From: Candidatus Saccharimonadota bacterium
GTDB taxonomy: Bacteria > Patescibacteriota > Saccharimonadia > Saccharimonadales > CAIOMD01
Assembly: GCA_031973215.1 (NCBI GenBank)
Contig: DALYDK010000003.1
Coordinates: forward strand, 27,576-91,575
Reading direction: 5' to 3'
Length of the DNA: 64,000 bases
Part shown: one piece after another, positions 28,143 through 36,893 of the stretch
How the letters are laid out: each line of letters starts with the position of its first letter
Numbering within the stretch: position 1 is the stretch's first letter
The notes under the pieces: generated by a model
What the model was told of the DNA's origin: nothing
Database searches by the model: none
Seen by the model: only the letters and a program-made list of their open reading frames with translations
Position numbers and translations under genes: made by a program

Positions 28143-28157
28143 TGCTCCATCAAAAGA
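28143..28157 (+). repeat. degenerate direct repeat of the ssrA 3' end (possible att remnant)
   Basis: GCTCCATCAAAAGAG against GCTCCACCAAATGAG at 27106-27120 (13/15 identical, same orientation). Confidence 0.35.
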
Positions 28158-28187
28158 GACTTATTCGCAACGAATAGGTCTTTTTTT
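28158..28187 (+). terminator. orphan rho-independent terminator
   Basis: gacttattcg-caa-cgaataggtc followed by T7. The nearest upstream plus-strand CDS ends 278 nt away. Confidence 0.65.
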
Positions 28188-28224
28188 GTAGATTTAAATT
28201 TTAAAGAGTCTATAATTAATACTA

Positions 28225-28905
28225 ATGCTTCAAGCAAATAAACTTGTTAAAACTTATGGCAAAAAAGATAATATTTTTTTTGCGCTTAAAGATGTAAATA
28301 TTGAAATTCAAGAAGGCTCTACGACTGCAATTGTTGGCAAAAGTGGCTCGGGCAAGAGTACGCTTCTGCATTTACTAATTGGCCTAGACAAGCCAACTAG
28401 CGGTGAAGTTCTGTTTAACGGTAAAAGCATTACCAAAGATTTAAAAACCAATAAATGGCGCAGTGAAAAAGTAGGAATTATTTTTCAGCAATTTTTTCTT
28501 CAGCCACAAGATTCAGTACTTGAAAATGTTGCCTTGCCGTTAAAGATATTAGGTAAAACTAAAAAGTATAGACATGGTCAAGCTTTAAAAGCTTTAGAAT
28601 TAGTAGGCTTAGAGTCAAGAGCAAAAAGTAAAGCCAATGACTTATCTGGCGGACAAAAGCAAAGGGTAGCTATTGCCAGAGCATTAATTAATAAGCCTTC
28701 CCTGTTAATAGCCGATGAACCAACAGGGAATTTAGATTCAGAAAATGGTCAAGTAGTAGAAGATTTACTTTTTAATTTAAATAAAAAACTAGGAACAACA
28801 TTGGTGATAGTGACACATGATAAAGATTTAGCAAAAAAATGCCAAACAGTTATTACTATTAAAGACGGCCAAGTAGAGTCTGTAAAAAAGGGCGCCGCTA
28901 AATGA
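28225..28905 (+). CDS. ABC transporter ATP-binding protein (MacB/LolD/FtsE-like)
   Basis: 226 aa. Walker A GKSGSGKST, signature LSGGQKQRVAIARAL, Walker B LLIADEPTGNLD. Confidence 0.93.
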   Translation: MLQANKLVKTYGKKDNIFFALKDVNIEIQEGSTTAIVGKSGSGKSTLLHLLIGLDKPTSGEVLFNGKSITKDLKTNKWRSEKVGIIFQQFFLQPQDSVLENVALPLKILGKTKKYRHGQALKALELVGLESRAKSKANDLSGGQKQRVAIARALINKPSLLIADEPTGNLDSENGQVVEDLLFNLNKKLGTTLVIVTHDKDLAKKCQTVITIKDGQVESVKKGAAK

Positions 28906-30167
28906 GAGTTTTAGATGTTGTTAAAACAGCCAACAAGAACCTGGGTCGTTCAAAATTAAGAACATTTTTAACCCTGCTTGCAATTTCAATTGGAACATTT
29001 ACCTTGGCTTTGAGCCTAGGATTGGGCCAGGGAGTAAAAAACTATATATCTTCTCAGCTAGGCACTTTCGAGGATATTAATTTGTATCAAGTTAATAAAA
29101 AGAATGCCAATAATTTTAGCGGAGGTTTTGGCAGCGGTGAACCGGTTGAGTATACCGGAGAATCTACCGCCAATGCCGGAAACTTTGATCAGTTATTACT
29201 TAAACAAGAAGACATCGAAAAAATTAAGCAAACAGAAGGGGTAAGTGGTGTGATACTTCCCTACCAGCCTAATTTTGAATATTTAACTAACTCTAGCGGA
29301 AAACAATACAACTCTCCAGTTGAGATGAGATACCAAGATTTACCCATAAAAATAGTTGCTGGCTCCGATATAAGCAGTGATAGTTCTGACCAAATATTAA
29401 TTTCTAGAAAGTTTATTCCTGCAATTGGCGCTAAAGACTCCCAGGATGCGGTAGGAAAAACAGTTAAAATGACATACAAAACGGCCGGCGGTCAGGTTAT
29501 TACCAAAGAATTTAGTGTTAAAGGAGTGTTCGAACCGACAATTATTGATCAGCCCATTAAGCTTTCTGAATCTGACGCCCGGATTATCGCCACAGAACAA
29601 GCCCCTTTTGGGCAACTGCAGTTTTTTGCAATTTTTGCATCGAAAAAATCTGGTTTTGATGAAAATGCTTTAAAAGATAATCTTTCTAAAAATGGCTACG
29701 AAGCAAGTAGTATTGCCGATATTAACAACACGTTAAATAGTGTTGTAACCGGTATCCAGGTTGCTCTGGGGGCGTTTAGTGGAATTGCAATTCTTGCTGC
29801 GCTTGTTGGGGTAATTAATACTTTGTTTATGGCCGTATTAGAGCGCACCAAAGAAATAGGGCTTTATAGAGCGCTTGGCTCGTCTAGAAAAACTATTTTT
29901 GGACTATTTAGTGTAGAAGCAGCTTTACTGGGTATTTGGGGTAGTTTATTTGGATTAGCATTTGCATTTTTGGCTCAAAATCTTATTAACAAAGTTTCGT
30001 CGCAAACTTTCCTTAAAGGCATAGAAGGCCTTAAGCTACTAGACATTAATATAACTATGATGGCGTTTATTATATTATCTGTTGCGGTCATTACTTTACT
30101 TGCTGGAATATTGCCAGCAATTAAGGCATCTAAGCTAGACCCAATAGAAGCTCTGCGCTACGAATAA
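28902..30167 (+). CDS. ABC transporter permease, FtsX/MacB-type
   Basis: 421 aa. ATGA overlap with the ATPase gene. One N-terminal TM, a large extracytoplasmic domain, and a C-terminal FtsX-like 3-TM bundle (LERTKEIGLYRALGSSRKTI). Confidence 0.88.
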   Translation: MRVLDVVKTANKNLGRSKLRTFLTLLAISIGTFTLALSLGLGQGVKNYISSQLGTFEDINLYQVNKKNANNFSGGFGSGEPVEYTGESTANAGNFDQLLLKQEDIEKIKQTEGVSGVILPYQPNFEYLTNSSGKQYNSPVEMRYQDLPIKIVAGSDISSDSSDQILISRKFIPAIGAKDSQDAVGKTVKMTYKTAGGQVITKEFSVKGVFEPTIIDQPIKLSESDARIIATEQAPFGQLQFFAIFASKKSGFDENALKDNLSKNGYEASSIADINNTLNSVVTGIQVALGAFSGIAILAALVGVINTLFMAVLERTKEIGLYRALGSSRKTIFGLFSVEAALLGIWGSLFGLAFAFLAQNLINKVSSQTFLKGIEGLKLLDINITMMAFIILSVAVITLLAGILPAIKASKLDPIEALRYE

Positions 30168-30181
30168 ACATGTTATAATAT

Positions 30182-30877
30182 TTGGGAATGACAAAAAACA
30201 AAAAAATATTGTTGGTTGGGGTGTTGGTTTTAATAGTTATACTTGCTGGAGTAACGGCATTTTTTCTTATAAAAAACAATAAAAAAAATAATTCCGAAAC
30301 AGCAGTTAACGGATCTGAAAAAGTTGCTTCGCTAAATATGCAACAATCTGACACGGTGCCACTAGGAGGCTCAACAGATAACTCGGGTAATGATAATTCT
30401 CTTAAGGTGAATGAATCGCAACCTAGCAATCCTTCCAGCTTAGGAAGTGGGACTCCAAGAAATAGCTCTAGTTCTTCAAATAATTCAAATGGAAATAGTA
30501 ATAGTTCAAGCAGTGCGCCGGGCCCTGAATCTTTTAAGGAATACGAAAAGTATAAAGATTCTCAGAACGCCCTATTCGGAGATGTTCAGCAGGGAACTGG
30601 CAGTGAAGCTACTGTGGGTAAAAAAGTCGCAGTTTATTACAAGGGCTGGTTAACGAACGGCCAGCTATTCGACCAAAGTGTTAATTCGACATTTGTTTTT
30701 AAATTAGGTGACAGACAGGTAATACCGGGCTGGGAACAAACTATACCTGGCATGAAGATAGGCGGCATAAGAAGAATAATTGTACCGCCCAGCGTTGGTT
30801 ACGGAGCACAAGGGCAAGGTCCAATCCCAGGTAATTCTGTGCTTGTTTTCGATGTTCAACTAGTGGCAGTAGAATAG
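30182..30877 (+). CDS. membrane-anchored FKBP-type peptidyl-prolyl cis-trans isomerase
   Basis: 231 aa. The track uses a TTG start; the ATG at 30188 is equally plausible. N-terminal TM, then a Ser/Asn-rich linker. The FKBP domain reads VAVYYKGWLTNGQLFDQS...FKLGDRQVIPGWEQTIPGMKIGGIRRIIVPPSVGYG...LVFDVQLVAV. Confidence 0.9.
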   Translation: MGMTKNKKILLVGVLVLIVILAGVTAFFLIKNNKKNNSETAVNGSEKVASLNMQQSDTVPLGGSTDNSGNDNSLKVNESQPSNPSSLGSGTPRNSSSSSNNSNGNSNSSSSAPGPESFKEYEKYKDSQNALFGDVQQGTGSEATVGKKVAVYYKGWLTNGQLFDQSVNSTFVFKLGDRQVIPGWEQTIPGMKIGGIRRIIVPPSVGYGAQGQGPIPGNSVLVFDVQLVAVE

Positions 30878-30891
30878 TATAATTTAAGGCT

Positions 30892-31056
30892 ATGGAAGAT
30901 TACGAAGAACAGCAGTTGCCGTGTTCAGAAAAGTTAGCGTTTGATAGCGCAAAAGAGGCTGAGGCGGCCTCCTTAGTTGCTACCATGCAGCGTGGTATTA
31001 ACTTAAGTGTTTATAAGTGTCAATTTTGTAGTCTGTGGCACCTTTCTTCCTCTTAA
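30892..31056 (+). CDS. small Cys-containing protein (possible zinc-ribbon-like), 54 aa
   Basis: Hand-found ORF, below the track cutoff: MEDYEEQQLPCSEKLAFDSAKEAEAASLVATMQRGINLSVYKCQFCSLWHLSSS. It fills the FKBP-metG gap. C-x31-CxxC with a YxCxxCxxWH-type C-terminus. Confidence 0.45.
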   Translation: MEDYEEQQLPCSEKLAFDSAKEAEAASLVATMQRGINLSVYKCQFCSLWHLSSS

Positions 31057-31078
31057 CCTGATACAATAATAGATAACT

Positions 31079-32518
31079 ATGAATAATTATTTTGTTACAA
31101 CCTCTATTCCTTATGTTAATGGTGCTCCTCATTTAGGTCACGCACTTGAATTTGTTTACGCTGATGTGCTGGCGCGCTATGCTAGGCAACAACCAGAAAC
31201 TAAAGTGCTTTTTAGTACTGGCACAGATGAGCATGGCTCAAAAATAGCCGAAAAAGCTAAAGAGTTAGGAGTAACTCCGTTAGAACTTTCGACTCAGAAC
31301 GCAAAGACCTTTGTAGACTTACTAAAGCAAATGAACATTTCTTATGACAGATTTGTTAGAACAACCGACCCAGCTCACGAACAAAGGGCTCAGATAGTTT
31401 GGCAAAACCTAAAAGACCACATTTATAAAAAAGAATATATCGGCTGGTACTGTGTTGGATGTGAGGAGTTTGTAACCGAAAAGGTCGCTAAAGAGAATGA
31501 GGGACAGTGCCCTAATCATAATCGTCCTTACGAACAAATTGCCGAAGAGAATTATTTTTTTGCTTTAAGCAAATTTGCAAATGTAATTAAGCGAAGCATA
31601 GACAGAGATGATTTTAAAATAGTACCCGAAACCCGAAAAAATGAAATTTTATCTGTTTTTAAAGAAGGCTTAACCGACATTAGTATTTCACGCCCTAAAA
31701 GCAAACTAGACTGGGGGGTTCCGGTGCCTGGCGACGAAAGTCAGGTAATGTATGTTTGGTTCGAGGCTTTACTTAATTACATTACGGTGCTGGGCTATCC
31801 AGAATATGTAGACTTTAAAGACTATTGGCCAGCAGACGTTCAGATAATTGGTAAAGATATTATACGTTTCCATGCAGCCATTTGGCCGGGCATTTTGCTT
31901 GGCCTAGGCCTAGATTTGCCAAAAAATTTATTTGTGCACGGCTTTATTAATGTAGATGGCCAGAAAATGAGCAAGAGTCTAGGTAATTCAATTGCACCAT
32001 CTGATATTTTAGATAAATACGGTACTGACGCTTTTCGGTATTATCTATTGAGGCATATTCCCAGTTATAGCGACGGCGATTTTTCCTGGGATAAAATAGA
32101 AAAAGTTTACAATAGCGAACTGGCAAATGAGCTTGGTAATGCGGTAGGCAGAGTAGTTGCTATGATTGGTAAATACCAGGCAGATATTGTTGGGAATATT
32201 CCTGATCCAAGCCATGACATTCATGATTACGAAGAGGCTTTGCAGAATTTTAGGTTCGATAAAGCCTTAGAAGAAGTTTGGGAGCAAGTTAGAGGAATAA
32301 ACCAGTATATAGATACCGAAAAACCTTGGGAAATTGCTAAAAAGGGCGATACTCAGCACTTGCAAGAAGTTTTAGCTTACTGCGTTAGTTGCTTGCTTGA
32401 AATTGCTGAGCTACTTGAACCATTTTTGCCAGATACCGCTCAAAAGATAGAAGCTATATTTAAAGACGGTCTTGTTACGCCTCCAGATGGCCCGCTTTTT
32501 CCAAAACATGATGCCTAA
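31079..32518 (+). CDS. metG: methionyl-tRNA synthetase (short form, no C-terminal dimerisation domain)
   Basis: 479 aa. HIGH-type motif PYVNGAPHLGHA, the KMSKS motif, and a CxxC...C knuckle (WYCVGCEEF...CPNH). Confidence 0.95.
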   Translation: MNNYFVTTSIPYVNGAPHLGHALEFVYADVLARYARQQPETKVLFSTGTDEHGSKIAEKAKELGVTPLELSTQNAKTFVDLLKQMNISYDRFVRTTDPAHEQRAQIVWQNLKDHIYKKEYIGWYCVGCEEFVTEKVAKENEGQCPNHNRPYEQIAEENYFFALSKFANVIKRSIDRDDFKIVPETRKNEILSVFKEGLTDISISRPKSKLDWGVPVPGDESQVMYVWFEALLNYITVLGYPEYVDFKDYWPADVQIIGKDIIRFHAAIWPGILLGLGLDLPKNLFVHGFINVDGQKMSKSLGNSIAPSDILDKYGTDAFRYYLLRHIPSYSDGDFSWDKIEKVYNSELANELGNAVGRVVAMIGKYQADIVGNIPDPSHDIHDYEEALQNFRFDKALEEVWEQVRGINQYIDTEKPWEIAKKGDTQHLQEVLAYCVSCLLEIAELLEPFLPDTAQKIEAIFKDGLVTPPDGPLFPKHDA

Positions 32519-33359
32519 TGGCTCGGTCGATTAAGAAGGGATGTGAACCATATAAATCGCTGGGTATTTCATTTATATTGAACCACCGTGCTGTTTGGGC
32601 GTCGTCGTTTGCTTGAACCATTGGCAGTTCGGTTGTTTTTGTTTGAAAATACCATAGGTCAGTTTCGATCCAGGCATGAAGGGTTGTTCTTGGGTCTAAA
32701 ACTGGTCCAGAGTATAGATTTTGACCATAATTAATAACCTCATTGGCTTCTATGCTTGTTTCTTCTGTTGCTTCTCTTACTGCTGCATGTAAGCTTGTTT
32801 CGTCGGGCTCTACAAAGCCACCCGGCAGAGCCCATTGTCTGGTATCTTTTCTTTGAACCAATAATAAACAATCTTGGCCACTGTTATTGCTAGCAAATAT
32901 TGCCGGGTCCGATGCATAGTTGGCGCCCCAATGGTAAAAAAAGCCCTTGCCAATAACACCGCCAATATTAGGATTAAAGGCCATTTCTTTCCACCAAGGG
33001 TGCAGGGGTCTATAATCGGCATCTAGTTCGCAAAATTTTGGGTAACCGTAATTTTGCAGTACGTCTGAATATTTTTCTGTATGGGTTGGGTATAGTTCCC
33101 CGGCTACCCAAGGACCGTTATTGTCAAACTGAACATGCCCGTTGTGGTTTAGGGGAGTCGAACTTAAGTACATTCTATTTTCTGCCTTGGGGTAGCCATT
33201 AGCAGTAGTACTCGATACCGTATGGGCATAAATATCTAAAAGAAGCTGTTTATTAATTTGCTTTTCGCCAATTTCTAGATTTTTTAAGTTATTAGGCAAA
33301 TACATTTTGGTACCTTTTGACATTTTCAGATGATCCACTGTGCTTGCCGGGACTATCAC
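32475..33359 (-). CDS. NUDT9-like ADP-ribose pyrophosphatase (Nudix)
   Basis: 294 aa from the track's GTG start. That start overlaps pncB by 68 nt, so an internal Met (MYLPNN...) is more likely. WGANYASDPAIF resembles the NUDT9 WGPNHAADP motif. Nudix box ALPGGFVEPDETSLHAAVREATEETSI. The 3' end overlaps metG convergently by 44 nt. Confidence 0.8.
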   Translation of the reverse strand: MIVPASTVDHLKMSKGTKMYLPNNLKNLEIGEKQINKQLLLDIYAHTVSSTTANGYPKAENRMYLSSTPLNHNGHVQFDNNGPWVAGELYPTHTEKYSDVLQNYGYPKFCELDADYRPLHPWWKEMAFNPNIGGVIGKGFFYHWGANYASDPAIFASNNSGQDCLLLVQRKDTRQWALPGGFVEPDETSLHAAVREATEETSIEANEVINYGQNLYSGPVLDPRTTLHAWIETDLWYFQTKTTELPMVQANDDAQTARWFNINEIPSDLYGSHPFLIDRAIRHHVLEKAGHLEA

Positions 33360-34503
33360 TTAATTTTACTGTTTCGGTATCGTTTACTTTTACGGCTTTC
33401 ATTACAATATTTAAAGCCGGCAGTCCAAGATCGTTTGTTAAGCTAGTACCCCAGCCATAAGCCGTTTTTATTTGACCTTTAAAATGATTATTGATATTTA
33501 CAATATCATCTATGTTTAGGCCATCGCTAAAAACAATAATTTTAGACTTTGGGTCGATATTTTGTGTTTGGTAATATTTAACGGCTTGCTCGCCGAATTG
33601 TATGGGGTCTCCTGAGTCTTGTCTGAGTCCATTCCAGTTTTTGGCCCTGTCGTAGTTGAAGTCATTAAAGAAAAAGTCACTGCCAAAAGTATCTGTTAAG
33701 GCAATAGAAAGGTTTTGCCCATATTTTTCATACCAATCATCTAACATTTTGCCGTGAGACTCTTTAATATCTTGACCATTTTGTTCGGCTAGGGCGGCAT
33801 AAACCATAGGCATTTCGTGGGCAAATGTGCCAATTGGTTTTTTGCCAATAATTTTTGATAACCCAATATTGGAACTGCCCATAAATTGTTCTGGCAGTTC
33901 TTGAGCTAGGGCTTCAACTACGAATTTATGCCAACGGTAAGAAAATCGGCGCCTAGTCCCAAAATCGGCAATTTTAATGTCCGGATTTTGTTTTAAAGTT
34001 TGTATTTTGGCATTTAATTTTTTAAGGCCCATATTGTATAAGTCCATAACGTCAATATTTTGTTCTCTGGCTAAGCGTTCAAAGTATAGTTCGTTAATTT
34101 CTGACATTACAACCGTTTCCCAAAAAGATACCATAGGCCACCGGCCGTTAGTTTTTACAGATAAGTCGTTGGTGCTGTGGTCGTATTCAACACTTACATT
34201 AGGAAGCTGGCCATTCTTTAAGTAACTAAGGTAATCTGCATTAAACATAGGAGTGGTGCTGTTGTCTAGGCTGGCTAAATATTTAATTTCATCATCAGAA
34301 AAGTTTTTCTCTTGAATACAATTTAGCCTATCTTGAAGTTCAGAGATATTAACAGCCTCGGCTAAATTATCTGCGTTTCTGTTGGTTAGCTTGAACTCTA
34401 CTACTGCCTCGGGGGCTTTTTCGTAAGCTAGTTGGCTCATTGTTGCTTTATAAAAATCAAGATTGTTAGTAATTTCTTGTTTGTAAGGTCCGTGTTCAAT
34501 CAT
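33292..34503 (-). CDS. pncB: nicotinate phosphoribosyltransferase
   Basis: 403 aa. N-terminal NLDFYKATMSQLAY and ADFGTRRRFS are typical of PncB. Confidence 0.9.
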   Translation of the reverse strand: MIEHGPYKQEITNNLDFYKATMSQLAYEKAPEAVVEFKLTNRNADNLAEAVNISELQDRLNCIQEKNFSDDEIKYLASLDNSTTPMFNADYLSYLKNGQLPNVSVEYDHSTNDLSVKTNGRWPMVSFWETVVMSEINELYFERLAREQNIDVMDLYNMGLKKLNAKIQTLKQNPDIKIADFGTRRRFSYRWHKFVVEALAQELPEQFMGSSNIGLSKIIGKKPIGTFAHEMPMVYAALAEQNGQDIKESHGKMLDDWYEKYGQNLSIALTDTFGSDFFFNDFNYDRAKNWNGLRQDSGDPIQFGEQAVKYYQTQNIDPKSKIIVFSDGLNIDDIVNINNHFKGQIKTAYGWGTSLTNDLGLPALNIVMKAVKVNDTETVKLSDSPGKHSGSSENVKRYQNVFA

Positions 34504-34508
34504 TTTAA

Positions 34509-35105
34509 TTAATCCTTAAATTCTAAAAGCTCTGCACCCGCTTGGTGCATTTGGGCCAAAGCCTGATTGCCGTCATTCTCGTTGACATTAACCGCTTTAA
34601 CGGCATTTGTGATAGCAATAACACTTAGTTTTTTACCGAGCTTTTTCTTTAGTTTTAGGGCATCTAAAACCGTAGCCTTAACGCAATAGTCTGTAGCTAG
34701 CCCACCTATTTGAACAACTACTTCAAAGGCATTTTCGGCTTTGCTAGTAATAATTTCATTTATTGTCTGCCCAGCAACAGTTTGGCCATCAAACCCAGAA
34801 TATCCGTCTTCATCTTTTGCAGTGCCTTTGCTGACAATAAGATCAGACTCATATATTTCTAGATCTGGGTGAAAACTTGCTCCGTTGGTTTCTTTAACAC
34901 AGTGAACCGGCCAGTTGTCGAAATGGGCCGTTTGGGCAGGGTGCCAGTCTCTGGTGAATATAACAGTTCCTTTATTTTCTCGTGTTTGCGCGGTTAGTCT
35001 ATTAATTACAGGCACAACTTCGTCGCCGAAAGGCACAGCCAATGATCCTCCTTGGCAAAAATCGTTCTGAACGTCTACGGCTATGGTTATAAATTCTTTA
35101 TTCAT
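34509..35105 (-). CDS. pncA: nicotinamidase/pyrazinamidase (isochorismatase family)
   Basis: 198 aa. IAVDVQNDFC, the metal/active-site region TRDWHP..H, and GLATDYCV (catalytic Cys). Confidence 0.9.
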   Translation of the reverse strand: MNKEFITIAVDVQNDFCQGGSLAVPFGDEVVPVINRLTAQTRENKGTVIFTRDWHPAQTAHFDNWPVHCVKETNGASFHPDLEIYESDLIVSKGTAKDEDGYSGFDGQTVAGQTINEIITSKAENAFEVVVQIGGLATDYCVKATVLDALKLKKKLGKKLSVIAITNAVKAVNVNENDGNQALAQMHQAGAELLEFKD

Positions 35106-35120
35106 TAGTATTCTCCTAGT

Positions 35121-35139
35121 TATTGTGCATAATACACTT
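35121..35139. promoter_or_regulatory. candidate NrtR operator (weaker copy) just upstream of the pncA SD
   Basis: TATTGT-GCATAAT-ACACTT: a GT-N7-AC core with half-sites 5/6 identical to those of the perfect repeat at 35172 and 38826. Confidence 0.45.
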
Positions 35140-35171
35140 ACATTAGTAATAATGTTATGTTATCGTATAGA

Positions 35172-35190
35172 TAGTGTATTGTCAACACTA
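35172..35190. promoter_or_regulatory. candidate NrtR operator in the pncA / radical-SAM divergent intergenic region
   Basis: TAGTGTATTGTCAACACTA. The arms TAGTGT/ACACTA are perfectly palindromic around a 7-nt spacer (GT-N7-AC core). The 19-mer is identical to 38826-38844. Confidence 0.7.
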
Positions 35191-35219
35191 AGGAAAATAT
35201 TGTAAACAAGGAGAAGGAA

Positions 35220-36197
35220 ATGTCAGAATTAATTAAGGCTCCAGAACTAAATAGTTATAGCTGGGACAATGTTAAGCAAATTCAGTCGCAAGATAAAAAC
35301 GTAACTAAGTTCGTTTTTGAAAACAGCGGCTCTAGTCCGGCCGTAGCCGAAGCTGTTTTGTATAAATATCCTGAATATGAAGATAGAACGGTCATTTGTT
35401 GTTCAACACAAAGTGGCTGTCCTGTTGGCTGCCGGTTTTGTGGAGCTGGCGATAATTTTGTTAGATCTTTAAGTAGTCAAGAAATTATTGATCAGCCCAA
35501 ATATATTCTAGATAAAATAGGTGTTGATACCGAGAAAATTAAAAAACTACAAATAATGTTTATGTCTATGGGTGAGCCTATGCTAAATATTAAAAGATTA
35601 ATACCAGCCATTAGGGAGCTTAATAATGAATATCCTAATGCTGCTTTGCTTATTTCAAGTTCGGGCCCCAGGGTTGACTACAGCGATTTTATAGAAATAA
35701 GTAAAGACATAAACCAGATTGGGCTGCAGTTTTCTGTACATGAAAGTTCCGACTTAAAACGAAATCAGTTAATTCCTTTTGTGGCAAAATTAAGTCTTTA
35801 CGAAATTGCCGAAAAAGGCGAAGAATGGGCACAAGCAACTGGCCGAAAACCATTCTTTAATTACTGTGTACATGACGCCAACGACACAGCTGAAGATGTA
35901 TCTAGGCTGAAAGCTTTGTTTGATCCGGCAATTTGGCAAGCTACATTATCGGTTGTTTGCGAAAGAGATGAAAGCGTAGCCAGAAGCCAAGCTAGACAAC
36001 AACATTTAGTTACAAATTTTATGGCAAAAATGCTGGTATCGGGCTACAATGTTAGGCTTTTTGACCCTGCTGGCCAAGATGATATTGGCGGTGGCTGTGG
36101 TCAGCTTTGGTTTGTGCAGGAATGGATGAAAAATAATCAAGAACATGCTCGACCTAGCGCGGGCAGAAACAAGCCCATCATCCATTCCCCTAAATAA
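35220..36197 (+). CDS. RlmN/Cfr-family radical SAM RNA methyltransferase (divergent, short)
   Basis: 325 aa. VICCSTQSGCPVGCRFCGAG carries the CxxxCxxC cluster plus the upstream Cys. IMFMSMGEPMLN compares with the MGMGEPL motif. C-terminal DDIGGGCGQLW compares with DIDAACGQL. Confidence 0.75.
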   Translation: MSELIKAPELNSYSWDNVKQIQSQDKNVTKFVFENSGSSPAVAEAVLYKYPEYEDRTVICCSTQSGCPVGCRFCGAGDNFVRSLSSQEIIDQPKYILDKIGVDTEKIKKLQIMFMSMGEPMLNIKRLIPAIRELNNEYPNAALLISSSGPRVDYSDFIEISKDINQIGLQFSVHESSDLKRNQLIPFVAKLSLYEIAEKGEEWAQATGRKPFFNYCVHDANDTAEDVSRLKALFDPAIWQATLSVVCERDESVARSQARQQHLVTNFMAKMLVSGYNVRLFDPAGQDDIGGGCGQLWFVQEWMKNNQEHARPSAGRNKPIIHSPK

Positions 36198-36200
36198 TAA

Positions 36201-36872
36201 TTAGTCGAAACTTCGGGATAATGATTCAAGCTTGTTGTCTTTGAAGGTATAGAGCCGAGCAGGGCGATGAGCACCATCTTTCAAATATTCATTTGTTGGG
36301 CGAACTAAGTCGAGGCTTAGGAATTTTTTGCGGAAATTTCTTTTATCTAATTTTCTTCCGAATATTGCTTCGTATGTAGTTTGTAACTGAGTCATCGTAA
36401 ACATTGGGTCTAGTAAGGCAAAAACGGCGTTGGTGTAGGTAATTTTTGCAGATAGTCTTTGACGGGCGTAGTTAATTATATCGGCATGATCGTAGGCTAG
36501 AGGGGGTAAATTATCTACTGCGTAAAAACCGGGTGTTTGAGTGCTTTTGGTTTCACTTGGAACAATGTCTTTACCTAAACAGCTATAGGTTACGCTGACG
36601 GCATGGCCTCTGGGGTCACGAGCGACGCTATCAAAGGTATATAGCTGTTCAACTAGCTTTAGTTGTTGCGAGCCTATGCCCGCCTTTTTTTGCAAAATAT
36701 CAACCAAACATTCGGTTGTAGTTTGTCCAGCGTTGTTATACCCCCCGGGTAGGGCTAAAGCCGATTTAAATGGTTCCGCGCTTCTTCTTATAAGCAAGAC
36801 CGATAAATTATTGTTGACTATTTGAAAAACAACACCATCTACAGTTACAATTGGCGGCTTATATGTACTCAT
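36201..36872 (-). CDS. nrtR: NrtR-type Nudix-related transcriptional regulator
   Basis: 223 aa. N-terminal Nudix fold with a degenerate Nudix box (ALPGGYNNAGQTTTECLVDILQKKAGI, lacking REXXEE). C-terminal winged-helix signature FTMTQLQTTYEAIFGRKLDKRNFRKKFL. Confidence 0.85.
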   Translation of the reverse strand: MSTYKPPIVTVDGVVFQIVNNNLSVLLIRRSAEPFKSALALPGGYNNAGQTTTECLVDILQKKAGIGSQQLKLVEQLYTFDSVARDPRGHAVSVTYSCLGKDIVPSETKSTQTPGFYAVDNLPPLAYDHADIINYARQRLSAKITYTNAVFALLDPMFTMTQLQTTYEAIFGRKLDKRNFRKKFLSLDLVRPTNEYLKDGAHRPARLYTFKDNKLESLSRSFD

Positions 36873-36893
36873 AAAAACTATTTTACGCTAAGA

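Noticed and set aside
28903-28905. Alternative genetic code (UGA recoding, as in Gracilibacteria and Absconditabacteria)
   Set aside because: TGA terminates well-conserved genes at the expected length (for example the ABC ATPase at 28903-28905, with an ATGA coupled start). The standard code fits all recognised genes.
33292-33359. 68-nt overlap between pncB and the downstream Nudix gene
   Set aside because: It is most likely caused by the ORF caller choosing the most upstream GTG. Internal Met codons (MSKGTK / MYLPNN) give a conventional short overlap. My hand count also disagreed with the track by 1 nt in this stretch, so I rely on the track coordinates.
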